Below, one piece after another: positions 51,434-59,324 of a stretch of DNA of 59,324 nucleotides. The stretch's first letter is position 1, and the number at the start of each line of letters is the position of its first letter. A program made the position numbers and the translations under genes. Below the pieces are notes generated by a model. The model made no database searches and had not been told where the DNA came from. It saw nothing but the letters and a program-made list of their open reading frames with translations. Source of the stretch: Archaeoglobus sp. JdFR-37 (lineage in GTDB: Archaea; Halobacteriota; Archaeoglobi; Archaeoglobales; Archaeoglobaceae); assembly GCA_002010215.1 (NCBI GenBank), contig MTMY01000030.1, forward strand, positions 1-59,324, given 5' to 3'.

Positions 51434-53179
51434 CTAGCCCCTCTTATCGTCTACTTCTACAACCTCTTCAGCTTCTTGACCTTTATCTAGTCTTCTTACT
51501 GCCTCCAGCAACTCCTTGAAAATGGATCTTATCTCTCCTTTGGATTTTCTGTAAAGCCTCTCCACTATTAGCTCAGGGGTGCTCCTGCCTACTACGCCAA
51601 ACTTAGGCTGCCTATCAACTATCAGGTTCAAATCGTCGTCCAGCCCTTCTGCCTCGATACCATCAACCCTCACGAAATCGAATTTCAGGTGTTCGCCAAG
51701 ATGCGAAACCAGCACGAAATAGTGACCTTTTCTGTGGGCAATCTCCAGTATCTTAGAAACGATTCTTATGGCAGCTCCCGGTTCTGTTATGGCTTCGAAT
51801 TCATCTACTAGAATTAGTTTTTTGCCATCTCCCTGGAGTATTCTGGAAAGGGTTTTTACGGCATTTTCAAAGGCTCCTGCCCCGTATACACTCTTCTTTC
51901 TCCTGAAAAGAAACAGCTCATCCACCACATCGATATGGCATCTGCTGGCATTTACTGGCAACCCCATCTGGGCCAGAATCTGTATCTGGGTGATCAGTTC
52001 TAGTAGTGAAGTTTTACCACCGCTGTTGGCTCCTGTTAGGACTATGACGTTGTAATTCCCGATTTCTGGAATGGGAGCGGTGTGAATCTGATCTGACTGG
52101 CCGAGGAAGTATGATATAGGTTGCGGATTTTCTATGAACAGATTTTTGCCTTCAAGGAATCCAATGCCTTTATGACTGATCTCGGGGAACGTGAAGTCCT
52201 GACAAAATTCCTTTATTCCTCTTATAAGCTCTATACTGTAAACTTCCTGTATCTCCCTTTCAAGCTCTGGCAGCATTGCTTTAATCCTTCTGGCCACTTT
52301 TCTGGACTCGAGGTAGAATTCAAGGTTCAAATCTCTCTCAATCTCCTCTCTAAGCTTTTCAACAGCTCCAACATCAGCTCTCACAGGAATCTTAAGGTTT
52401 CTTGGGAATATTTCCACATAACTGCCCAGCTTTTCCGAGATGTTCTTCTCGGTTTCAAAAATTTCCTCGAGTATTATCTCTTCTAGCTCATCCATCGGGA
52501 AGCTTCCGGTTTTAAGAAATTCAAGCAACGCATCTCCTTCAAGCCTAAGGCTTTTCTCTCTGACCTTTTTCTCTATTCTCTCGTTAAGTTTCGCCTCTTC
52601 CTGTGATATAAGCTCGAATATAGATTCAATCTGCTTCTTTTTGTTGTATATTTCTTCCAGAAGTTTAACTGAGTCCAGAAGCTGTCCTGCAACGCTCTTA
52701 CCACGGCCTTTAAATGACTCCATAACCTTGGCAACAGACTCAAGAACATCTCTTTGCTCAATAACCGATTCCACGTACATTTCCGGAGCCAGTTCAACAT
52801 CGCTTATTTCATCAACCTCTATTCCAACGCTCGCAGACCTTGATAGAATGAGGGGGGCATTGATGGGTTCTAGTTCAACCGTGCAGACCGAGAGCGATGA
52901 AGCTTCTTCAAACTCATCCTCGGTGGCAATAAAAACCCTGTCAGAAAAATACGATCTCTTAAGCCTGAAAGGCCGAACCTTTGACGTTTCGCTTTTAAGA
53001 TTGACATCAATCTTTTCGAAAGCTTCTTTCAGTTTTTTCTGTCTAGCGAGTATTTCTGACGGCTCTGAGGTGGGTTTGAAGCCTGACAGCAGTTTTCTGC
53101 TTTCTTCAAGGGCGATTCTGGAGTTTATGAGAGCTGTTATTCTTCTGTATATTTCCTTGGCGTCTCCGGAAAGTTTCAC
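51434..53179 (-). CDS. Archaeal MutS-family ATPase (MutS5/MutS2-like, no mismatch-binding domain)
   Basis: LTGANSGGKT Walker A, AGAFE, LVDEFEAITEPGAA, VSHL, RSTPE. Confidence 0.88.
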   Translation of the reverse strand: MKLSGDAKEIYRRITALINSRIALEESRKLLSGFKPTSEPSEILARQKKLKEAFEKIDVNLKSETSKVRPFRLKRSYFSDRVFIATEDEFEEASSLSVCTVELEPINAPLILSRSASVGIEVDEISDVELAPEMYVESVIEQRDVLESVAKVMESFKGRGKSVAGQLLDSVKLLEEIYNKKKQIESIFELISQEEAKLNERIEKKVREKSLRLEGDALLEFLKTGSFPMDELEEIILEEIFETEKNISEKLGSYVEIFPRNLKIPVRADVGAVEKLREEIERDLNLEFYLESRKVARRIKAMLPELEREIQEVYSIELIRGIKEFCQDFTFPEISHKGIGFLEGKNLFIENPQPISYFLGQSDQIHTAPIPEIGNYNVIVLTGANSGGKTSLLELITQIQILAQMGLPVNASRCHIDVVDELFLFRRKKSVYGAGAFENAVKTLSRILQGDGKKLILVDEFEAITEPGAAIRIVSKILEIAHRKGHYFVLVSHLGEHLKFDFVRVDGIEAEGLDDDLNLIVDRQPKFGVVGRSTPELIVERLYRKSKGEIRSIFKELLEAVRRLDKGQEAEEVVEVDDKRG

Positions 53180-53291
53180 GATTACACTTCGACACGATTA
53201 TTTAAAGAATTTCTATGGATTTCTGGATTTTGTCTGCGATGGTACTTCACGTGTCGGAGGTGAGAGAGGGTGAGGGGTGGGGCATACTATA

Positions 53292-53317
53292 GTACTTAAT
53301 ACTTGTACTTAATACTT
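53292..53317. repeat. 13-bp tandem duplication GTACTTAATACTT x2
   Basis: Exact direct repeat in the divergent intergenic region upstream of the MutS-like gene. Confidence 0.6.
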
Positions 53318-53604
53318 TAAGAATTCCAAAATCGTCTAAAAGACGTTTAATTAGAAAGTTTCAGCCTGGAAAATTTAAAAGAACGATAATTGGAGTTTCT
53401 GTTACTATCAGCTACTACCTCTATAATTCTCACATCCACCTCCATTTGAACGAACCTATTGTTTATCCGGCATATATATTGGGGTTTGGGGTATGTTGAT
53501 ATTGTTGAGTCTGAGGTTCCGTTCCTGACGCCTAAAAGCTGGATGTGGTATTATCCAGCCTAGAACAAAAGATATTTGAAATACTGAACCTACGCAATTC
53601 GAGC

Positions 53605-54303
53605 ATGGCGGACAGCACAAGGCTGATAGAATCGGTACACTCTCACATGAGGAGAGTTCCATGGCTCAGGAAGTACTGTAATCGCTGCCTGAAAACAGAG
53701 CGCTACGGCGGAAATGTGGCTCTCATGGTTATTGATGCTTCATTCATGTCCCTTGGACTGAATTACTTCACTGCCGTTGTACCTGCAGTCCTCAAAATTA
53801 AGGATTTGATTCCTGGAGTCGATCTTGAGAAACTTAGAGATATAGAGGTTGAAGAAATGAGGAAGATGTGGAAAAATAGAAGAAGCTGGAACGTTGCCAA
53901 AAGCGTTGCAGATTTCCTCTGCCAGTTAAAGGAAGATGAAGGCTGCGACGATCGCAGAGCTTTGAGGCTATGGGCGTCAAGGTCTCGAGTGGAGGAGTGG
54001 AAAGAAGACCCCATCGGTAGCATCAAGGGGGTTGGCATAAATACCTACCAGTATCTTCGCATGATGGGTGGAATTGATACGGTTATGCCTGACAGGATAG
54101 TTAAGAGGGTGATAAATGACATTCTGACGAGAAGCGGTTATGAGGCTGTGGAGGACGATATGGCCTTCATACGAAAGGTACATGAAATTGCTGAGATTAC
54201 TGGCTACAGAGCCATTGAGCTGTGCTGGATGACGTGGCTGGTGCAGTATGAGGGGAAGAACTTGAGGGCTGAGAAATACCGGAGTGTAATGGATCTGATT
54301 TAG
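53605..54303 (+). CDS. Conserved hypothetical protein with HhH-like motif (DNA glycosylase-like fold?)
   Basis: IKGVGINTYQYLRMMGGIDTVMPD resembles the HhH-GPD core. Start uncertain (53545/53605/53647). Confidence 0.6.
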   Translation: MADSTRLIESVHSHMRRVPWLRKYCNRCLKTERYGGNVALMVIDASFMSLGLNYFTAVVPAVLKIKDLIPGVDLEKLRDIEVEEMRKMWKNRRSWNVAKSVADFLCQLKEDEGCDDRRALRLWASRSRVEEWKEDPIGSIKGVGINTYQYLRMMGGIDTVMPDRIVKRVINDILTRSGYEAVEDDMAFIRKVHEIAEITGYRAIELCWMTWLVQYEGKNLRAEKYRSVMDLI

Positions 54304-54329
54304 CGTTGAGAGGTAAAAATTAACAAAAA

Positions 54330-55166
54330 TTACAGACGTTTCAAATACTCAATAACACTCTCAAAAATAGCTCTACCATCTCCAGCCCCTTCAGGTTTTG
54401 TTCCCCTGTTCCAGTCAGAATGCTGGTATCTCCAGAATACTCTCTCTGGATGGGGCATCAGACCGAAGACATTGCCTTTAACATTGCAGATGCCAGCAAT
54501 GTTGAACATGCTGCCATTAGGGTTCCAGGGGTAGCCAGCGTAGTTACCCTCTGCGTCAACATACCTAAACACCAGCTGATCGTTTTCTGTTAGCATATCA
54601 AAGTACTCATCCTCTTTTCCTTTTGGAAAGATAACTTTGCCCTCAGCATGGGCAACCGGGAAAGATACAATCTCCTTCTCAAGCTTTGTGGTGAAAATAC
54701 AATTTCCTCTGTTCTCATGTCTCAGAAAGGTGGGCCGGCACTCAAATCTGCTGGAATCGTTTATGCCCAAAGCCATCTCCGGCTTATCACTTATTGGTCT
54801 ATCTTCGTCAAATCCTGGAAGCACACCCAACTCGGTGAGAATTTGAAAGCCGTTGCAAATGCCAAGAACTGGAAAATCCATTTTTATGAACTCTTCCAGA
54901 TCTCGTCTCAAAACACTCTTTAGTCTGGCGGAGAATATGGCTCCAGCTCTGACATAATCCCCTGCTGAGAAGCCTCCCGGAAAAACAAGGCAGTTGTAAT
55001 CCCAGATACTCCTTCTATCTCTATCGGGGACACTATCACTGTAAAACTGCTTGAGGTGGACTGCTTCAGCTTCAACACCTAAGTGTTTGAATGCAAGGAC
55101 TGTTTCGTCTTCACAGTTCGTCCCTTCAATTCTCAGAACTGCAACCCTTATTTCATCCGGTTTCAT
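54330..55166 (-). CDS. purQ: FGAM synthase glutaminase subunit
   Basis: GTNCE, PGGFSAGD, GICNGFQ, AHAEG, NPNGS, MPHPER. Confidence 0.97.
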   Translation of the reverse strand: MKPDEIRVAVLRIEGTNCEDETVLAFKHLGVEAEAVHLKQFYSDSVPDRDRRSIWDYNCLVFPGGFSAGDYVRAGAIFSARLKSVLRRDLEEFIKMDFPVLGICNGFQILTELGVLPGFDEDRPISDKPEMALGINDSSRFECRPTFLRHENRGNCIFTTKLEKEIVSFPVAHAEGKVIFPKGKEDEYFDMLTENDQLVFRYVDAEGNYAGYPWNPNGSMFNIAGICNVKGNVFGLMPHPERVFWRYQHSDWNRGTKPEGAGDGRAIFESVIEYLKRL

Positions 55167-55211
55167 CTCACCACCTCACCGCACCTCACGCATTTCATAG
55201 CATTCACATTT

Positions 55212-57560
55212 TCACCCCAGAAACCTCGCCAGGCCGTTTCTCCATGCGCTGTCAAGCTTTTCAATCTCAACGTCAATAAACTTCCTTCCATCCTTCCCAT
55301 CCTTCACCCTCAGCTCATGACCAGACACGAATCCGATAATTTCCGCCTTAAGCTGCCCCTCTCTGAAAAACTCCACCAGCTTCTCAGCATCTCCGCTTCC
55401 AACCTCCACCAGCCACCTGGTGTTGGATTCAGAAAACAGCTTCACGAAGCTTTGCGAGTCCAGTGATGAGAGGTCGAGATCAGCTCCCAAGCCAGAGGCG
55501 ATGCACATCTCGGCAACAGCAACTGCAAGACCTCCTTCAGCCAAATCATGGCAGGCGTGGATTTTGAAGGAGCTGAAAGCCTCAAGCATCGCCTTCACAT
55601 AAGCTTTTAGCCTCTCTGGAGACGTGCGGGGCACATAACTACTCTTCATCCCAGTTACCTTAGAATATAGGCTACCTCCGAATTCTGGCTGAGTTTCTCC
55701 TATCAGAACAATCGCATTCCCATCCTTCTTGAAGTCGGCCGTTACAGCTCTCCTAACATCCTCAACAATTCCGATGCCCATGAGGGTGGGCGTTGGGGCA
55801 ACTGAAGCGTGTGGTGTCTCGTTGTAAAGGCTGACGTTTCCGCTTACACACGGCAAAGCAAAACCCCTTGCCATCCATCCCAGAGCTTTAACGCTCTCAA
55901 CGAATTCTCCCATCCTTTCTGGCTTCTCAGGATTGCCAAAGTTGAGGCAGTCAGCAAAGCTGTGTGGTATGCTTCCTACCGCCACAAGATTTCTCACCAT
56001 CTCATCGAAGCTGCTGGCAGTGCCCCAGTACGGGTCGATTTTTGCCATCCAGGGATTAACGTCTGCTGTTAAAGCCAACCCTCTCCACGAATTGGGCAGG
56101 GGTTTGATTACGGCAGCATCGCCATGCCCTTCCCTGTTCACCATTCCCTGCAAGGGTTTGATTACTGTTGCAGCCCTCACCTCGTGGTCATATTGCCTCA
56201 CAATCCACTCCCTGCTGGCAACGTTTGGATGGCCAAGCATGGCCAGAAGAAGCTCCTCATACTTTCCGATATCTCTGATCTCCTCTCTACCTTCTACCTC
56301 CGGTTTTTTCGAGACATAAGGTCTGCAGTACTCAACCCCTCCAGAGACGAATTCAATATCCATCTCGTAAATCTTGTGGCCATTGTAGAATACTCTGAGC
56401 ACTTTTTCATCCATCACTCTGCCAACCACAACAGCAGGGACATCCCATTTGGCGAAGATTGAGAGCACTTCGTCAACATGTTTAGGATGTACGGTAAGCA
56501 TCATCCTCTCCTGACTCTCGCTCACCCATATCTCCCAAGGAGACATGCCCACCTCTTTCAGATGGACCTTCTCCAGCCAGACCTCAGCACCGAAGCCTGC
56601 CGCTAAGGCCATTTCTCCAACGACACAGCTCAGTCCGCCACCGCCAAGATCTTTCATCCCTGTCAGCAGACTTTTCTCAACTATCTCCAGACAGGCATGG
56701 ATCAGGGGCTCCTTCATTATGGGGTTGCCAAGCTGGACTGCGCTCCTAGCCTCCTCCTCACTGCTCTCATCCAGCTCCGCTGAAGCGAATGTCACGCCGT
56801 GGATTCCATCTCTTCCTGTTGCTCCTCCAGCCAGCACGAAGAGGTCTCCAGCATTCCCGGCTCTGCTGTGGATGATCCTATCCTTTCTGACTATTCCAAC
56901 GCATCCAACGTTAACCAGGCAGTTTGTGATGTAAGCTTCGTCAAAAAAAACCATTCCTGCAACTGTTGGAATGCCAACGCGGTTCCCGTAGTCTCTTATC
57001 CCGGCAACAACTCCAGAGAGTAGATACAGGGGATGTTTGGTCCCCTTCGGAAGCTTTTCAAATGAGGTATCAGGCTCTCCGAAAAAAAGTGGATCAAGCA
57101 ATGCAACTGGCTGAGCCCCCATGCACAGAACATCTCTCAAAATACCTCCTATGCCCGTTGCAGCCCCACCATAGGGTTCGATGGCTGAAGGATGGTTGTG
57201 GGATTCTAGAGCAACAACATAAGCATAATTCTCGTCGAACTCAACAACTCCAGCATCCTCCTTTATGGCAGAAATCACGTATTCAGCATCAACACCGAAG
57301 AGGAACTGCTTTAAATAATATTTTGAGCTCTTATAGCAGCAGTGCTCACTCCAGGCCTGAGCTAGGCTTTGAAGCTCAATATCGTATGGATTTCTGCCCT
57401 GTTTCTCAAAGTAAGCTTTTATCCTCCGCATTTCGTCAAGGCTGAGTGCAAGACCAAGCTCTCTGCTTATCTCCTCCAGTTCCTCATCGCTGGCATCGAG
57501 AATTTCTATCTCATAGAGCTCAAAGGGAACGTCAACCTTTCTGAACCTCATAAGCATCAA
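55212..57560 (-). CDS. purL: FGAM synthase subunit
   Basis: [54 protein letters not shown]. Confidence 0.98.
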   Translation of the reverse strand: MMLMRFRKVDVPFELYEIEILDASDEELEEISRELGLALSLDEMRRIKAYFEKQGRNPYDIELQSLAQAWSEHCCYKSSKYYLKQFLFGVDAEYVISAIKEDAGVVEFDENYAYVVALESHNHPSAIEPYGGAATGIGGILRDVLCMGAQPVALLDPLFFGEPDTSFEKLPKGTKHPLYLLSGVVAGIRDYGNRVGIPTVAGMVFFDEAYITNCLVNVGCVGIVRKDRIIHSRAGNAGDLFVLAGGATGRDGIHGVTFASAELDESSEEEARSAVQLGNPIMKEPLIHACLEIVEKSLLTGMKDLGGGGLSCVVGEMALAAGFGAEVWLEKVHLKEVGMSPWEIWVSESQERMMLTVHPKHVDEVLSIFAKWDVPAVVVGRVMDEKVLRVFYNGHKIYEMDIEFVSGGVEYCRPYVSKKPEVEGREEIRDIGKYEELLLAMLGHPNVASREWIVRQYDHEVRAATVIKPLQGMVNREGHGDAAVIKPLPNSWRGLALTADVNPWMAKIDPYWGTASSFDEMVRNLVAVGSIPHSFADCLNFGNPEKPERMGEFVESVKALGWMARGFALPCVSGNVSLYNETPHASVAPTPTLMGIGIVEDVRRAVTADFKKDGNAIVLIGETQPEFGGSLYSKVTGMKSSYVPRTSPERLKAYVKAMLEAFSSFKIHACHDLAEGGLAVAVAEMCIASGLGADLDLSSLDSQSFVKLFSESNTRWLVEVGSGDAEKLVEFFREGQLKAEIIGFVSGHELRVKDGKDGRKFIDVEIEKLDSAWRNGLARFLG

Positions 57561-57572
57561 CCCATCAGCTCC

Positions 57573-57818
57573 TCAATCAACCCATCTGATAGAGTACCTC
57601 TGGATAACAGGGTTAGCAAGGAGCCTTTCACACATCTCAGCTATCTTCTTTTCGGCTTCTTCTCTGCTCTTCGCATCAAGTTCTATCCTAAAAACTTTCC
57701 TGGTTGAAACGTTCCTAACGTTAAACCCAAGAAGCCTGAGAGCTTTCTTCGTCGCTTCACCCTCGGGGTCTACAACACCCTCTTTGAGCTCAATATAAAC
57801 ATCAGCAATCATGTCCAT
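57573..57818 (-). CDS. purS: FGAM synthase small subunit
   Basis: LKEGVVDPEG and LLANPVI motifs. Confidence 0.96.
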   Translation of the reverse strand: MDMIADVYIELKEGVVDPEGEATKKALRLLGFNVRNVSTRKVFRIELDAKSREEAEKKIAEMCERLLANPVIQRYSIRWVD

Positions 57819-57970
57819 GCCTTGAAAAGTGGAATATAAAACGGTTTTGAAACCCCTTGCATGTTGATTTTACAGATAAATAAACAAGTTATGGATTTCA
57901 GAGTTTAAGGGCGGCTGAATGAATATATTCGAGAAATTACACGCTCCTGAGAATTGTTCTAGATCAATTT

Positions 57971-58489
57971 TCATTTATTTTCATTCAGCCTACAGTATGA
58001 ATTTGACATGACATATACGCCTACGAGCATCACCACAACGCTCAACGTAAAAAAGACTCCTGCATAGGGTTGCAGGTACAGGAGTGAAAAGAGCAGACCT
58101 CCACCCAACAATCCAACAGATGACAGGATAGCAAGCAGCCCAAAAAGACATGGGGGACATCCGAGGATTGTAAAAAACACTGCTGAAACTCCGCCGAAAA
58201 TTCCTGCTGTCCCGGTTCTCTTTGATATAATTCCTATTGAATTTCTGAGCACCGTGAAATATGTGGCAAAAAGAATGGAAAGGGGTAGATATAGGAAAAA
58301 ACGCCATAAAGCCACAATCAGTGCGACATGAAGGGGCAACCCCAGTGAAATGTAAAGATAAGCGTCAAGCAAGGTTAGAAATGCGAATGTTATTCCGGTT
58401 ACTGCCAGAAAGAATTTTCTGTGGGTGAATACAGTTTCTCGGATAAATCCAAGCACCATGGAATATTTGACAAACATAGCTGCTGGCAT
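57971..58489 (-). CDS. Membrane protein with intramembrane GCPPC motif
   Basis: About 4-5 hydrophobic helices; ILGCPPCLFG. Start uncertain (58573/58489/58459). Confidence 0.6.
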   Translation of the reverse strand: MPAAMFVKYSMVLGFIRETVFTHRKFFLAVTGITFAFLTLLDAYLYISLGLPLHVALIVALWRFFLYLPLSILFATYFTVLRNSIGIISKRTGTAGIFGGVSAVFFTILGCPPCLFGLLAILSSVGLLGGGLLFSLLYLQPYAGVFFTLSVVVMLVGVYVMSNSYCRLNENK

Positions 58490-58523
58490 ATTTTGAAATG
58501 TACAAAAAAGTTTTGAAGACATC

Positions 58524-58937
58524 TTAACTACCGCCACGCCTAAAACTGTATGGCCAAGGCTCTGGAATTGCAAGGAACATCAGCGAAGAACCTATGAGAG
58601 CTAAGTTCTTCATGAAGTTAATCATTTCCATCGTTTGCAATTGAGCATTTTCTACGCTCCAAAAGTTGTGCATTATAAATGTAGTTGGAATTAGGAAAAT
58701 TAACAGTGTAGCTATGCCTATGGTTACCCGATATCCCAGCAATATACTGACTCCACCAGTCAGTAGAAGCAATCCTGTTAAAACGACAATAAGTTCACCC
58801 ATTGGGACGCCTTTCGATGCAACGTACCCGCTCAGAAACTCTATTTTGGTAAAATGATTTAAGGCATTAAAAAGGTAAAATACTCCTACAACCATGCGAC
58901 CGATAAGGAACAGCGCATTTTTGGAGGGATTATTCAT
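58524..58937 (-). CDS. DoxX-family membrane protein
   Basis: GR...FYLFNALNHF, TTFIMHNFW, FMKNLALIG. Confidence 0.9.
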   Translation of the reverse strand: MNNPSKNALFLIGRMVVGVFYLFNALNHFTKIEFLSGYVASKGVPMGELIVVLTGLLLLTGGVSILLGYRVTIGIATLLIFLIPTTFIMHNFWSVENAQLQTMEMINFMKNLALIGSSLMFLAIPEPWPYSFRRGGS

Positions 58938-58980
58938 GTTTTACCTCCATTAAAAAGTGAAAAAATTTATACTCTTCTCA

Positions 58981-59139
58981 CTACCCCTTAAGCCTGGCAA
59001 CCTCCTCTCTTGCCACCGAAAACACACAGTTATCTGAATGCAGTTCTCCACATCCAAAGCAGATATTTTTCAGGGCCTCTTCGACTCTCTCTACCTCCTC
59101 CATGCTTACCTCCTTCCCCGAATACTTCCAGACTGGCAC
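58981..59139 (-). CDS. 52-aa small protein with CxxC-x3-H-x3-C motif (absent from ORF track)
   Basis: GTG 59139 preceded by GGAGGTG; MPVWKYSGKEVSMEEVERVEEALKNICFGCGELHSDNCVFSVAREEVARLKG*; alternative ATG 59103 with GGAGGT. Confidence 0.7.
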   Translation of the reverse strand: MPVWKYSGKEVSMEEVERVEEALKNICFGCGELHSDNCVFSVAREEVARLKG

Positions 59140-59223
59140 GTTAACACCTCCTATCTTTTTGATAGCTGGTTACCAGAGGGAAGCTTTATATATATTGTTG
59201 ACCAACTGGAAAGTGGGTATCCC

Positions 59224-59324
59224 ATGAGAAAGGAGAAGTCCTGCCCTCTCACAGCAGCCTCAGAGGTTCTTGCAAAGAAGTGGAGTCTTGTTATTGTTTA
59301 CCATCTGCTTAGCGGTGAGAGAAG
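59224..59324 (+). CDS. HxlR-family winged-helix regulator (5' partial)
   Basis: MRKEKSCPLTAASEVLAKKWSLVIVYHLLSGER..., matching the CP...KW HxlR N-terminus; divergent from the doxX unit. Confidence 0.85.
   Translation, partial: MRKEKSCPLTAASEVLAKKWSLVIVYHLLSGER

Noticed and set aside
52440..53273. Long antisense ORFs in the ORF track (e.g. 52440-53273, 1966-2460, 48493-49008, 42426-43136)
   Set aside because: They lie opposite to, or out of frame within, well-supported genes and lack motifs or RBS, so they are shadow ORFs.
53488..53532. Possible C/D-box sRNA (TGTTGA...CTGA...CTGA)
   Set aside because: No proper RUGAUGA C box or C' box; spacing does not fit.

Overview
Gene-dense 59 kb chromosomal segment from a thermophilic euryarchaeon, most likely class Archaeoglobi. 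This assignment is inferred from class I LysRS, aRF1, an AF-Sm2-like protein, CarS, Tes, SepCysS, class II HMG-CoA reductase, a single MCM and GGAGGTGA ribosome-binding sites. The housekeeping backbone includes lysS-uppS-prf1, tes/carS/pyrE, hmgA, trm14, Na+-decarboxylase subunits, mcm, amt-glnK, tatA/B, XPF-MutS and purSLQ. Accessory loci interrupt it. The most striking is a ~15 kb sulfur island (about 23.8-38.3 kb). It encodes a siroheme sulfite reductase, a compact AprAB-like APS reductase, Sat, three TusA proteins, DsrE, a ThrC-like PLP enzyme with a ubiquitin-like carrier and E1 enzyme, LarE, rhodanese, TauE, SepCysS, DUF169 and an HTH regulator. Its promoters share a palindrome, TTAAC-N3-GTTAA. 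Other notable items are an acetyl-CoA-synthase beta-subunit paralog lacking the Ni-binding Cys-Gly-Cys motif, a six-gene class III signal-peptide (pilin/adhesin) cluster, merA followed by a possible 21-aa Cys-rich peptide, and a dispersed G-rich intergenic repeat with G-quadruplex potential. No rRNA, tRNA, CRISPR array or transposase was recognised. All calls are from reading the sequence; no searches were run.
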